DNA of 52,774 nt, counting the filler, from Dirinaria sp. TL-2023a (Eukaryota): assembly GCA_051941275.1 (NCBI GenBank). It is 2 parts of 2 records of this genome, joined end to end, with 100 filler letters (N's around TTAATTAATTAA, not from the genome) between each part and the next. Parts side by side here need not be neighbours in the genome. Positions count along the whole stretch, not along the records: positions 1 to 26,390 come from JAVEBF010000163.1; 1 more part is not named here. One strand, 5' to 3'. Below are positions 12,696 to 25,900 of the stretch, piece after piece (position 1 is the first letter of the stretch; each line of letters opens with the position of its first letter). The notes beneath the pieces were generated by a model that worked only from the letters and a program-made list of their open reading frames with translations, ran no database searches and was not told where the DNA came from. The position numbers and the translations under genes were made by a program.

Positions 12696-13956
12696 ATGAA
12701 TGAAGACAAAATCTATCGAACATCGACGCAGTACAGGCTTTGGTCATATACTCCAGACTCCCTCGCATCTATCCGCTCCACCACCAATGCTCTGGCAGCT
12801 GATGGAGTGAATGCGGCTATTCAGAGCCTCGATGCTTCCAAAGCGGCGGCGGAGGATGCCCACAACGGAACAGAGGAAAAGGCCGATGCTCAGGATACTG
12901 ATGCAGTCAGAAAGGTGGACTGTCTCACTGTGGAAGAAGAACAGAAGCTTGTCGGCTTCTATTGCTTGAAGACCATCGGCTTGGCGGATTTCTGCGAGTT
13001 CCCCACCAATGTCAAAGTTCGTTTGCCCGGCCAGTACAGCTCTCTCACAGCGCGGCGTCTGACTTACTGGATTCTAGGCTTCAGCAGTTCAGTATCTCAA
13101 GCGTTTCTACCTCTCCAACTCTCCTATGACCTACCACCCCAAAGAAATGATGCCATCTGCCCTTTTCCTTGCGACAAAGACGGAGAATAACTACATTTCT
13201 CTGAAGAATTTTGCAGAGAAATTGGATAAATTCACTCCTGAACGCGTCATCGCTCCGGAATTTCTTCTTACGCAAGGTCTACGATTTACATTTGACGTTC
13301 GCCATCCACAACGTGGGCTGGAAGGGGGTTTTATGGAACTGATGGCTTTGGCTCGCGGACAGTATCAGTCCGTGGCGGGGACTGAGATGGACCTAGGCGA
13401 ACGACAGGAGAGCATGGTGAAGCTTGAGCCTGCAAAAGGAGCTCGCGTGGTGACCAAGACTGTCGATGATGTAATTGTTCGGATACAAACAGCGCATGGA
13501 AAAGCAAAAGAGGTTCTGAAGACAACGGCTCTCCTCTCGGACGCCTATTTCCTCTACACACCGTCCCAAATATGGTTGGCTGCCTTCTTCATGGCCGATC
13601 AACCTCTGGCTCGGTTCTATATTGATACAAAGCTCCCTGCATCGTCCCCAATCAAGCCGAAACTCATGACTAATCTTCAAGCTTGCGCCGAAGTCCTGCA
13701 GACTTCTGTCTCTGCCAAGCCCGGGCCAGAGGAGATGCAGGAGCTGAAGAGGATCGACAAGAAGCTATATAAATGCCGCAATCCAGATAAAGTCGATCTA
13801 ATCAGTATCAACAAGGCGCAGAAGCGCGACGGTGAAGGGAAAGACGGTACTGGACTTGATGAGAAGGTCATTAAGAAGCGGAAACTGGAGAGGGAAAATT
13901 CTGTGAAAGAGCAAGAGGATGTCTTTGGGCCACCTTTGGTCACGAAACGACCATGA
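12696..13956 (+). CDS. CCL1: Cyclin H (TFIIH/TFIIK cyclin Ccl1/Mcs2); intron 13017-13077
   Basis: DKIYRTSTQYRLWSYT, LTVEEEQKLV, FPTNVK|ASAVQYLKRFYLSNSPMTYHPKEMMPSALFLATKTEN, EFLLTQGLRFTFDVRHP, DAYFLYTPSQIWLAA. Confidence 0.95.
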
Positions 13957-14498
13957 AAAGCGACCCTGAATAGACAGCTCAAGAGTGAGCTGATGATCAA
14001 CTATTCGCGAATGGCCACCCTACTTTGACAAGCTAGTGGGGATGAGCTTTCGGTTCTTCTCTCATCGCACTCACGCAAATAAATCGTCAGACGCCGATCT
14101 AGGAGACGAAGAAATGCATTCTCATCACGAGATGAACGGCTGCTTGGGCAATTCCCTCAATCTGGTCTCCAGCTCTCATCTACTCTAAGTCTTCGGACAT
14201 GGCCAATTGCAGTACATGCAGGCGCCAGTCAGCTGGCAGCTCAGAAATCTGATAGTAAGAATGGTAGAGTCGTATGTCTAGATCTGCATGCGACTTGTCT
14301 ATCGTATCCTCCATGCTTTCGATGGACATGACCTTTAAGAAGTTCTCACTCACACATACAAAGTGAGCGGTGACTGATCCATGCTACTGGATGGACCAAT
14401 TTTGCCACTTCCTAGGGGTGGTAGCAAATCCTTCCCAGGGGAATACTGATTTTGGGATTTCCGAACCTTGAATTGTTTCGAATGACCGAGTCATCCTT

Positions 14499-14536
14499 CA
14501 CCCTCGCGCTAGCCGGATCCAGCTAGCGCAAGGGTG
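14499..14536. repeat. 38-bp near-perfect palindrome upstream of the AAA ATPase gene
   Basis: caccctcgcgctagccggatccagctagcgcaagggtg: 17 of 19 pairs complementary. Confidence 0.85.
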
Positions 14537-14847
14537 GCTGCCTTGTTGTGCCACTACGAAGCAGATTCCATGGAACATGAAGACGTTCGACTAGTTGGAT
14601 GATTTGCAATGGGAGATTCTAGTCCAAGGCTGCCTTGCCGATGCTGCCTGGTTCAACGACTTCTAAAGGATTGAAGTTCTGACTCACGTTTGCAACCACA
14701 ACTGAATGAATCAATTCCTCCTCTATAAGAGAATCCTCCCCTTCCCTCGTTCGTTTTCTTTCACTTTCTCCTCTTTATAGAGGCCTTACATCCTTTCTAT
14801 CCTGACCCACGAACTGCTGCTACATGTGCTATTGATTCGCAACCACA

Positions 14848-17123
14848 ATGGCTGTGACACATATCGTCGAGATTAACGGCAAGGCAGCCATCACGAACGA
14901 GAGCAATGCCAAGGAAGTTGACCAGAAACCAAGGGCTAAGTCTGGTATGACTTCTGATGTGAAGAGCTTGTACGAAGGGAAGCCGGACGATCGCGGGAAG
15001 ACTACCTGGGTTGATAAGTATCCCGATGACTTGGAGGAAGCTGCCGAGAACGCGGAATCTGCTTGCTATGCCTTGCTTATCCGAAATACAAAATGTTATG
15101 ATGGGCGCAGAAAGCTCCAGATGGACTCAGTCACTGTCCAGAGCCCTTTACTTAAGAAGGCCTTTGCTGAAGCCCTTAGCGATTACCCTGGCGTGACTGT
15201 CTCGTTAGATCGCTTGACCTTCAAAGCGCCCTTTAAGCCCTTCGTTCATCGCTGGGCAAAAATAAAGAAGGCCCTTGAGGATGAGACTGATCCTGAGACC
15301 AAAGCTCACCTTGAACTATTCCACCGTGTCATGGGAGACGAGCTTCAAGATGACCTCAAAGCTAGAGACGACTACATATCAAACAAAGTCATTACCTACG
15401 ATACTTGTTGGATGATCTTTGAACCAGGCACCATCGTTTTTGGATTGGACGACAAGCAGGATTGCGCTTTCAGATTGACAAATGGGAACTACATTAACAC
15501 ACAATGCGGTCCTGCTTTCGCTCTCGACTGTGAAAGAGTCGATTGGGACGGCGAAAGTTTTGGCCTTGAATCCAAGAGACTTCTCATCTACCAATTTTTG
15601 GGAACGAGGCCCATTACGCAGTTGACGGCTTTTCCATTAGACTACCATCAGGACCTAGAAAACGTAAAGAAAGCGCTCGTTGAGAGGGGCAAGGTTTTTG
15701 AGCGCTTTTCTGGCTATCATTATAAACATTACAGAGGTGTTGCTGTTGGCTACGGTGCATGGGGCCCAGTCAAATACGATGTGAGTCTTCTACAGCAAGG
15801 ATATAGAATTGTGAACTCATCGGTACAAGGTCGACAGCCGAATCATCATTGATACCTACGCTTGGAACAGATTCAATCCAAACCGTCAAGTGTTTCTTAA
15901 CAATCTGAACAGGTCGCAATCACCGGCCAATACTGCTGATGACGAAGATTCTGTTCAAGATGAAGACACCGATTACGGTGACGATGACTTGGATGGTGAA
16001 GAGCTGACGACCCTTAGTCAGCCTGGCGAGTTCAATCCCAAAAGTCTAACAAAGGACCAGCTGCTGTTATGTAGCGCTACTCTAAGAGGCTACTCGCTGA
16101 AAAATAAAAAGTGGCGTAAGTTCCAATGGTGCTGTTCGCAAGTAGCTCCAACTAATCAAAGGTAGTCATCTTCGCTGTTGCTGCCGTCGACGACATGAAA
16201 TGGAATGACGGCGCTTTTGAGAGCCTTGTTCTACCAAGCAATCACAAAGAGCTGATCCTTGCTCTTACAGAAAGCCAAGTAGCGGATAAAGAGTCATTTG
16301 ATGATGTCATCCAAGGCAAGGGTACGCCGAAAAAATGATCTCTTCTTACTTCAAAGCTAGAAACTGACATCTCATAAAGGCAAAGGCATGATCATGCTGC
16401 TTAGCGGGCCACCTGGCGTGGGGAAGACCTTGACTGCTGAGTCAGGTAAGCTCCTGCTGCCTTACTCCGCTGCTATCCTTTTCTTAACCCACTATAGTGG
16501 CTGAAAACATGCACGTTCCGCTTTACATGATGAGTGCAGGTGATCTGGGCCTTGAATCCTCTGGAGTGGAGTCCTCGCTCTCCAACGTGCTAGAGATGTG
16601 CACTAAGTGGAATGCCGTTCTGCTCCTTGACGAGGCAGATGTTTTCTTGGAGCAGAGAAGCGCTCATGACCTCGAGCGAAACAAATTAGTATCAAGTGAG
16701 TCTACTATACGGTGCTATAGAACTATTTCCTGATACTTTTCAGTTTTCCTCCGCATGCTCGAGTACTACGAAGGCATCCTCTTCCTCACAACCAACCGCG
16801 TTGACAACATTGATGCGGCATTCCAATCTCGAATCCACCTGTCGATGGAGTATAGCGAGCTCTCGAAATCGTCACGTCGCCACGTCTGGGTCAACTTTCT
16901 GTGTGCGGGAGGGACCAAAGCTCATGGTTTCTCGGACGCGGATCTTGATCGGCTAGTTGGGTACGACATGAATGGTCGGGAGATCAAGAATGTCCTCAAG
17001 ACTGCGAAGCTGTTGGCAGGCAAGAAAAAAGAGAGCTTGGGAGTTTCGCATGTCGAGACTGTTGTGGCCATCGAGAAGAGGCACATCAAGAATGAGGGTG
17101 AAACTCAGGTGAAGAGCACATGA
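14848..17123 (+). CDS. Fungal AAA+ ATPase of unknown function (FDDxIxGKGKG subfamily); exons 14848-15780, 15830-16115, 16166-16321, 16380-16445, 16498-16695, 16744-17123
   Basis: Spliced product has RIIID, LRGYSLKNKKW, WNDGAFESLVLP, FDDVIQGKGKGMIMLLSGPPGVGKTLTAESVAE (Walker A), VLLLDEADVFLE (Walker B), ERNKLVSIFLRMLEYYEGILFLTTNRVDNIDAAFQSRIH and MNGREIKN. Confidence 0.93.
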
Positions 17124-17816
17124 CTCTGCGTGAAGGGGAGGAGGGAAAGACCACTTACGGCCATACTTTACTTCCGAGGAGTGAGTGAGCATCCAGGAGA
17201 GTCCATTTTCTGACTTTGACAATTTGCATGGCATTCATAATTACAACAAAGGTTCATTACTAAAGCTCAGGGACTTTATTTTTCCAATTTCCAAAAGTCT
17301 CTAAGAATATCGTTGCACGGCAATGACTTTCATTCATGTAAAGTTTTATTTTATCGAAATCGTTCTTTACAATACTCCCACTCCAACCTCTGATACAAAC
17401 AACCCCCATAACTCAATATAATTTGTGAAGTCCACATCCAACCCAAAAACCACAGCTGAAAAATTTTGTCCTGTCTAGATTCATCTTAAGAGAGCTTTGC
17501 TTCTTTCGTGCTTGCTTAGCTTACCCCCAAGAACATATCGAGTCTTTATCATTCCACATCTTCAGCTCATCTCATCTACAAATGCGATCTTCTACGGCAC
17601 ATCCAAGTAAATCATCGTCATGTACTATAGATCCGAGTCAGCAGTGCAACAGTGCGCTAAGAAACAGACTTCCAAACGAAGGACACTTTATTCTCTTAAG
17701 CAGCACTCAATTGAGCTCCCTAATCTATATAAGATTTTTTTACTTTACATTCATTTTATCTCATTTTACCATCTACTGCTACATCTCATTATAATCAAGA
17801 TCAATGGTAAGAATGA

Positions 17817-19100
17817 AGAAGAGTAAGAGCTAAAAGTCCAAACCTGCGGAACACCAATGGACCCCACGCAGGTCTGAAGTTCATAGAATTCACAGTGATG
17901 ACTATCCCAAGAATCGGATACACTACAGCATGGTTAGATGAAGAAAAGGTTGACATGGAGTGAGAAAAGTGCTCTGAAGAGGAAAAACTTTGTTTTCTTG
18001 CAATCATGAAGAATAGAGGCCGGCGAGAGGAAAATAGAGAGTTTCGAGGACAGTATCGGCACATCCATCTTTTGAATATTGTTTGGAGATGTGAGGGTGT
18101 AGGTTTTTGAATGATTGAATGGAAGAAAGAATTTCACTTCCCTGCGCTAGAAACAAAGTTTTATCGAGGATTGGATGAAGAAGCGGATGAATGATGGTGC
18201 TCGAAATACTGACCTTCCCAATCTTTTCTTCTTACGCGAGTTTGAAAGATGGTTCCGCTACAGCACATTTATGGGAAGAATTCTACCAACGGGCTCTATG
18301 TACAAGGTTTCTTGCAGCGGACAAGGCTGCTCAATCTTTTGGAAGCTGCTATAGCCCAAGCGTGACGGGATGGAGTGATTACATCTTACGTGGCCGCCGT
18401 TTGAATTATTGAAGGTTTGAGGGGCTTTAGTGATACTGTGACTGATGAACTATTGCGCGGACATCACAATGTCGAGAGAGCACTAATGAAGCTGCTTCTT
18501 TGCTCGAGCGCTGCTGGTGGATCGGACTTACTCTTTGGAAGATGCAAGGGGCTCCAAAACGTATCGTATTAATGGTTATCAGTCCCGTAATCCGTGGATT
18601 CTAAGTCAGTGAGCCTCTATTATTGAGGAGCTTATCAGTCTCAGAAAACTAGTAAAGATGAAGTCTGAATTGACATTTAATATCGTTGAAGCTCGAAATC
18701 GGATGACCACATTTACACTAATAAGATAAAGATTGAAAAAAACCAAATTAGTCGATTCATCAGCTCTCAACTGTACGATGAAGAAGCTGCGAGTGATGGG
18801 GAAGAAGTAGTGTCGTGACTTAAAAGCTTTCATTGCTCAAATCAAGAATGAAACGGAAGAGCGATAAATCACATCACGAAATAATGAGAGCAAGGCGGCA
18901 TGACTGACTACATAGTGCACCTAAATGCAAACAACTTGCTTCAGAGAGACGAGGAAGACCTCCTTGCTCTATTGCTCCGTGCTGAACGGGATGCAACGAA
19001 GCGCCTTCGCCGACATGTAGTTGCACTTGCTGCTGGGTATTTCACCCAGTCCGACCTAAACATCACGCGTCCACAAGAGTTGCAAGCGATTCTCGTCCAG
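17817..19100 (+). pseudogene. Decayed reading frame of unknown family
   Basis: One frame runs 17817-18569 with 7 TGA and no TAA/TAG. The same frame continues, with further stops, into the 18900 ORF (MTDYIVHLNANNLLQRDEEDLLALLLRAERDA..), which has a CAG|GTATGC donor-like site at 19101. Confidence 0.45.
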
Positions 19101-19908
19101 GTATGCTTTGAGCAAACACGCGTCTTTTTTCAATTAACAGAAAAACATTTGCCTGACAAAACGAATCATTGTTGACAATGACGATTGCGAAGACTATGAG
19201 CAAGTGTCGAACGTCAAAGCGAAGTAGAGTACGTTTTCGAAACTCTCGACTCGTAAATCATCATATCTTCAATCTTTTTACACCGAACGAAAAGTCTAGA
19301 AGGACCGAGATTTACCTATTCAAAGACGTTAAAATTAGGAGGCTAAACGCAAAACTCTAGATGTCTCGGTCCAACGATCTCAAGGAATAGACGAAGAGGG
19401 CATCATAGAATATGTCTGCCATCAACCAGAGTCACGAGATTAATGACGGTGCCCAATTGTACGAGAAATGGGTTCAATATCATCAGAGCGAGAATTGCGA
19501 GATTCGCGAAGCCGGCGGGCATTCAATCCTATTCCGCGCCAGTCTATCTCCATCGCGCATGGGAATGGACGTAAGATTCAATGAATTTCGATTCAGATAT
19601 TTAATCAACAACATCTCTTAACTCACTTGTTTTCTTCACCGTATCGAGTCATTGATTACTTCGCTCATCTTAGCTGCTCATCTTAGCATTTATCAAAAGT
19701 GAGTATTGACACATCTCATCATCAAAACAGAAAATGCAAAGGGCTAATGGAGAGACAGAGCTACGTTCTAAACTTGTTTCCGAGTCGCAGAGACTGGCGC
19801 CAGGATCACAATATAATTGTGTCTTTGCTTATCGAGTTATCGTCGCGCAAATGTACAATATTACGATGAAGCAGGTAAAGTGGCTGGCTGAGTCCAGAAG
19901 CTTGCTTC

Positions 19909-19940
19909 TTCCTTCCTTCCTTCCTTCCTTCCTTCCTTCC
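19909..19940. repeat. (TTCC)8 microsatellite
   Basis: Perfect ttcc x8. Confidence 0.95.
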
Positions 19941-22900
19941 TTTGTTTCTTTCCTTTCATTGCTTCTTTTTCCTTCCCCATTCTTCATAATCATCTAGTCC
20001 TCTCTTTTGACAAGCGTTACAGATTATCAAAAGTCTAAATTCAAACTGTATACTAAAGCTAGTCATTCGATGAAGAAATCATTCGAAAAGATTCGAATAA
20101 TCCGAGAAAAAAAAGAGAAGCTGCCAAGAGATGTTGCTATGACGGCAATCCCAATGACAAACTTGACCGCGAGACAAGAAGAATTGATAAATAATCTCGA
20201 GAAGAAGAAGATATCGGAACTAGAAGCGTATAGGCAGCAATCACAAACAATTTTGAAACATACTCAAGTCGACACAGATGAGAACGCGCAGACTATTGAA
20301 AGCAAATTCAACGTGTTCTGACGTATTCGATGGAGCTACGATCTCGTGAAAAAGCTGCATGTCAACACGCAATATGGCTCAAAGTCCTTTAGCAAATTGG
20401 CATATCGGCTTCTACTGACAAAGATACCCACCAAATCGATTTTGAAAAATCCAGAGAAGCCGCCCGTATCTGACGCTGGTACAGCCTCACAAAACATCGT
20501 GATTTGCTTATATGCATCACAACAGAGGGAAAGAGGGCGAACCAAAAGTGAAAAACGACCAGGGATAATGCAATGAATGACCTCCAAACTCACTTAAAAG
20601 ATATTAAAGATCAGACATCCGTGGACACACGAAAACTGGAAAAGAGATCTTGAATTTCTATCAAGATCCGGTGCGCACGATAATTATGTAAAACGCTGTC
20701 AATTGCATATACTTTATAAATTTCAATCCCTTTGAGATTTTGAGCCTGCTGGCTGACAGAAATATCACATTTCAAAAATCCGAGAGCTCTGTATTCTCGC
20801 TACGGCTCGATCTACTATGTAAGCGATATGCTCGAGGAAGAAACTTACGAAGTAAACCAATGACCATTCGTGAAATCAACGTGGCGATGAAATCTCCAAA
20901 CGAAGTTCAATTTTCTAGATGCACTCGTTTAGTGATTACAGGATTCTTTTTTCCCAATCTATCTAAGAGTGGAATAACGTGACATCTGAAAGTACTCTAA
21001 TCTCAGCAGATCAAAACGACATCCTCAGATACCTCAAAAGTTGTCGTGGTTGAGCAGATAGACAGATCAGCAAAAGAACGCAGAGAATAAGATCGTCTCG
21101 AGAGAGTCTTAGGACTTTCGTTCAAAGTTTGACCTAAAAACTAATGTAACTAACACGATGCAGATGTCCAAAAAAGAAGCTGCTATACATGTAGCAATGA
21201 CCGAAGCATTGCTGGAAATGATGGTCGAATCTTTCCCAGTCGATGAGACCTTTTCCTTCAGAGAAGAGAAGCATCTCCAGTTACAAAATTTTTGAGGATT
21301 ACATTCGTCTAAACAGCTGATGATATTTTCGTGTATCGATTTCAGACCGGCGACAGAGAGAAAGACAAATGCTTCGCGCGTTTGATAGCGATACGACATC
21401 AATCATTGGAGTAAAGACCCTTCTCAGTCAGAGACAATGATCGTCGAAGCATTGCACGAAGATATCGAAATCACGCTGAGAATTGACTACATAATACAGA
21501 GAATTTAAAATGCTCATTACAAGCATGTCAACATAATGTAAAAGAGTTCTCCCATCCATTCCATCGAGCATCGAGCGAGAATCAGAACAAGACGGCGACT
21601 TAATGATTTTATGAAGCTCTTGAAAAAAGGTCAGACGTCATACGACAGTGATTTTGATTATATTAGAAAGCAAAGCATTATCAGATTACAAAGGAAAAAT
21701 CATGAATCGATTATCGAGCGCTTTGATGAAAAAAAGAGACTTGGTCTTAAGGTTCCGCGGTCTGAGAGCTCTGCTCAGTGGTGAAAGAGAAATTCTTTCG
21801 CGAGACGAAAGTGGCTCTTAATATTGATTCCCTTGAAAGACTCCGCACCGGGGATGCTTACTCAGATAGCATCTACTTTTCCGTTGCTATAGAGATCATA
21901 TATTCGCACAATAGTCGATTTTCGCTCTTCTGACTCCTGGTTAGCCACCTTTCTATCTATTCCAGTCCTCCATCTTAATCAAGATGTCAAAAGATTCATC
22001 CGCACAGCTCTCAAAAAGAGACTAGAAATGAGACAAGAAAGCTGCTAAGAGATAGGGAATAATTATCTAAGATATCACCTCAGCAATATCTGGAAAGCTT
22101 CGACGTAACTCGTACAAGGACAAATTATGTTTCATGACCTTCAGGAAAAGACAATATTTATTGATAAGATTTCGGTAATCGCAGTGGAATCTTTCGACAA
22201 GAACTATTGATCTTGAGAAACTGAAAGAGATTCAAGAATAATGTTAAAATGTTGAATGACAAGATCGAGAATGAAAAGCTTCGAAAACTGTTGATCAATT
22301 CGTCTGCGAACGAAAATTGCAGATAACATCGATCACTGATCTATGAGATCGATTGGAAGAAGTATCGTATGAATTTGTTCATGATATCGTCGATCGCAAT
22401 CTTAACGTGAAAATGACAGCTGCGTCGACACTTCACGATCTTGGAATCTAAGTATTTTGTCAGTTTCTCGACGTTCTTGAGTCGATTTCAACAATTTCGC
22501 ACTCTTAATATTCGCATCTCCGCACTTCGACGCTATTTAAATAGCACTAAGAGTTTGTCGTATTCGCAAAGAAGCTCATCCAAGCTCGAAAATGACTTGC
22601 AAAGCTCGTCGTCCAGATTGAAGAGAATCTAATCTCCGAGCTAGATAGAATTACTGAAAATTTTTCGAAGGATTTTTTCAATGATCTTCTGTTCCTGCTT
22701 TTTCGAACAGATTCCATGATCAATTGCACTGTTCCATCAGAAAAGCTGACAGCTTTCCGCAACAACATTAGCTGAAGACATGATATATCTCGAAAAGCAT
22801 CTGCTAATGTGTTCAATGACGTCGAGTACCAATTGATCGCTTTTCTGAGTCCGCATGTCAATGGAAACTATATAATTCTCGTTCCTCGTTGGGTCTCAAC

Positions 22901-25900
22901 AGTAATATCTCATATCTTTGTCATTCATTCTTGGAACTCGATCTCTAAGTTACGAGTTTTCTTTCGAGTTCATCTCTCGTCATCGATACGACACTTTATT
23001 AATCTCATTTATGACTTGAACTAAAGTCCTGAGACACCGACAGAATTCTTCCAATGAAGGAATGTTATCAAAAAGTTTCGTGACTCTGGGAAATCCATGT
23101 CAATACTCAGAGGCTCTAGACGAAAAAGAACAACTTCAACTTGCAACGGCGATCCGCTGGGCGTGATCTTGCTCTTTGCTCTTTTTCCATGATCAGTATC
23201 GATTGTTGCAACCCATACTTTCATCGTTCACTCAATAAAAGACTTTCAAACGCTTGAATCTAGTCTCAGTTTTTCCTCCTTGTATCTAGATCACTGTCCA
23301 GGATCTCGTATCTTATGACTTCCGTCACTTTATCAGATCGTAAAAGATGTTGAAATTCTCCGATACTCACGTCCTGACATTCAGTGCGGAAGAATTATTA
23401 ATGACGTCGAATTCGACATCATATCTAATGTCGACGTATTTTCAGAGCGAGATACTTCGTTCTTTGTGTTTCAATTTTCGGCAGCCATGTTCTTTGTGAG
23501 TCGGGCACATATGGATTTACTGGCTGTCTCAGAAAATCAAGAAATTGATGATCTTTTTGATGAACAGTTAAACAAGCTCATGGTTTGTTTGTCTACCAAA
23601 ACATTTACTCAAAAAGACTCTGAATTGAAATTTAGATCTCTCGAATTTTAACTATGCAGCAAACTTTGCAGCACAAATTTTGAAGAGCAGTGCAATGTTT
23701 GAATTAACGATCGCTTTAGATTCAAAGAGCAGAGTTGCAACAAACAACGACCAAGCTCTATCTCTTTCAGTAAGAGATATTAGTCGTTTTAAAACAGAAG
23801 TCGATTTGAGTCATGTCGACAGCATTCGAGACGATCTGATGCACATGTCAAAAACGAGTTTCGTCAAGAGACGTGACTTGACTTCAAGAGAATGATGCAA
23901 GATTTTTTAAAAGACTGACTACAAAAATGGATTTAACGTGGATTTTGAGTCTTCAATTGACAAACTTCGAATATCAGAGATATTAAAAAAGGCACTGCAA
24001 CAAGTAGATCGAAGCTGAGCTTAAGCAGTTGAGGGAGGGCGAAGAGAAAGGAAAGCTTAAAGAGGAAGTTGCAGTAGCAAAGAGTCCAATGCGCGTCAGA
24101 AGAGAAGAACAGCAGAAAAGTCTCGATGTCCTGAAGAAAATTTTGAATATATTTTGATTTCAAACACACTGCGAATAATAATTATCACTTATCACGATTT
24201 TTCATTTCTTGACAAATTATTCAGACAGCGCGTTTTAAAGACGCTGAGAAAGCTCAGCAATGAGCTTTTCATTGCGGTCAAACCAAATGTTAAAAACCAA
24301 TGCTTGTTAATGGAGAGCAATAAAAAATCTCATTATAGCGAACCGAATGTGTTGTTTTATGACGAATCCTGAACTGATTCTTCCGAATTCGGTGATAGAA
24401 AATGCAAGCACAATTATCTAACTCGGCGTACAGCCTCATGAAAATCATGAAGGTACTAGCAATTCTAAAAACTAGAGAGAATAATGAAGAGCTGAATTGA
24501 AAAGTGTAAAAAGAGCTGAGGTTCAGGATTTTGCTCAGCAGAATGACATAGAAACAAGACAATGACGAATGTTATCGACGAAACAGTCTGTGGAAAAATC
24601 TTAGAGCTTTTGCTTCTGATAGTAAGTTTCTTGAGCGTGAGATACATGAAGACGAACCTTGCTGAACTGTCTGCACGCAATGCTCGATCCATTATCTATT
24701 CAGTCAGTTGACTTCGAATTAGCAGTCTTACAAGAAAACACCAGCTTGAAAATCAAGTCTCCGCTTGAGAATGTTTGGAAATCAAACTTGTGATTTTACT
24801 TACGCTAGAGATAAAGACTTCGCTCATCAGCGATCGATGCAGATTAGTTTGAACACTTTATCCGCATGAAATATATTTCTATCGTCGGGATACTGCTTTA
24901 GAGAAAGCTGTGACAAAACTAATACTTTTAAACCCGTACAAAATATTTTGTGATGACATTGACCTCGCTGACGCAGAACTAAACACAAGATAAAATTCGA
25001 CTATTCGAGTTCGAAAGATTCTGTTAAACTAAAGAGCAACAGCATTTACGTCTTTCTATAAAGAATTAGTACATGATTCTTCTTTGTCAGCTAGACGTCG
25101 CTCTCAACAGAAATTGATGAAACAATCTAAACAAAATTCGAATATTCTAGTGAATCAGAGAACATTTCGTACTATAGTTCACCACGATATCTCACTACAT
25201 AAACCACCTTTAGATATGTATCCCGTCATTCTCTTTCAAACTGCAATGAATCAGCACTGAGTCTCTGCTTCATAATATATATCCCTGACGATTTCGATTT
25301 ATATCGCAAAAGACAATTATCATTTACGAGCACATCTATTATCATTGCGACTTCCACGAGACAAATTCTTGTATTTTTCAAAATTTCAAGTCCTCATAGA
25401 AGCAATATCTTGAACAAGATATGTTGAGGGGAAATTGTTACCAGGGATGCTTGCTTCTATCACAGATATCTTACTTGCTACTATTGTTATGTCAAGAATA
25501 ACGCTAATTAATCATCATGCACTTAGTATTGAGCTGTTTCTGAGTAGCTCTAAACTTTTACATCTAAGATAGCTATATTCTTTTCTACCCTCAGTCCTTG
25601 CATCATGATATCATCATTGTTTTTTAAAACATACTTTTGAAAACGCGTGACTCTCGAACGATTCATGAAAGATGTCATCGATATCGTCTTGTAGGAAACT
25701 GCTTCAGAAAAAAAATCTGCTCTGATGAACAAAGAGAAGATTCAGACGAAGTCAGCAACTGAAATTAAAATCATCAAAATTTGTTTTCCAGAAGCGAGCT
25801 GTAAGACGTCGAACATCAAAATCGATACGTTGGATAAGATCACTAAGATTTAAGATATTACAATCCCGCGCTCTTTTCTGAGCTTTATCGATTTTTATTT

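Noticed and set aside
17240..19600. Starship captain (DUF3435 tyrosine recombinase) at the block edge, with TTAC target sites
   Set aside because: No recombinase catalytic motifs were recognisable, and TTAC 4-mers occur at chance frequency.
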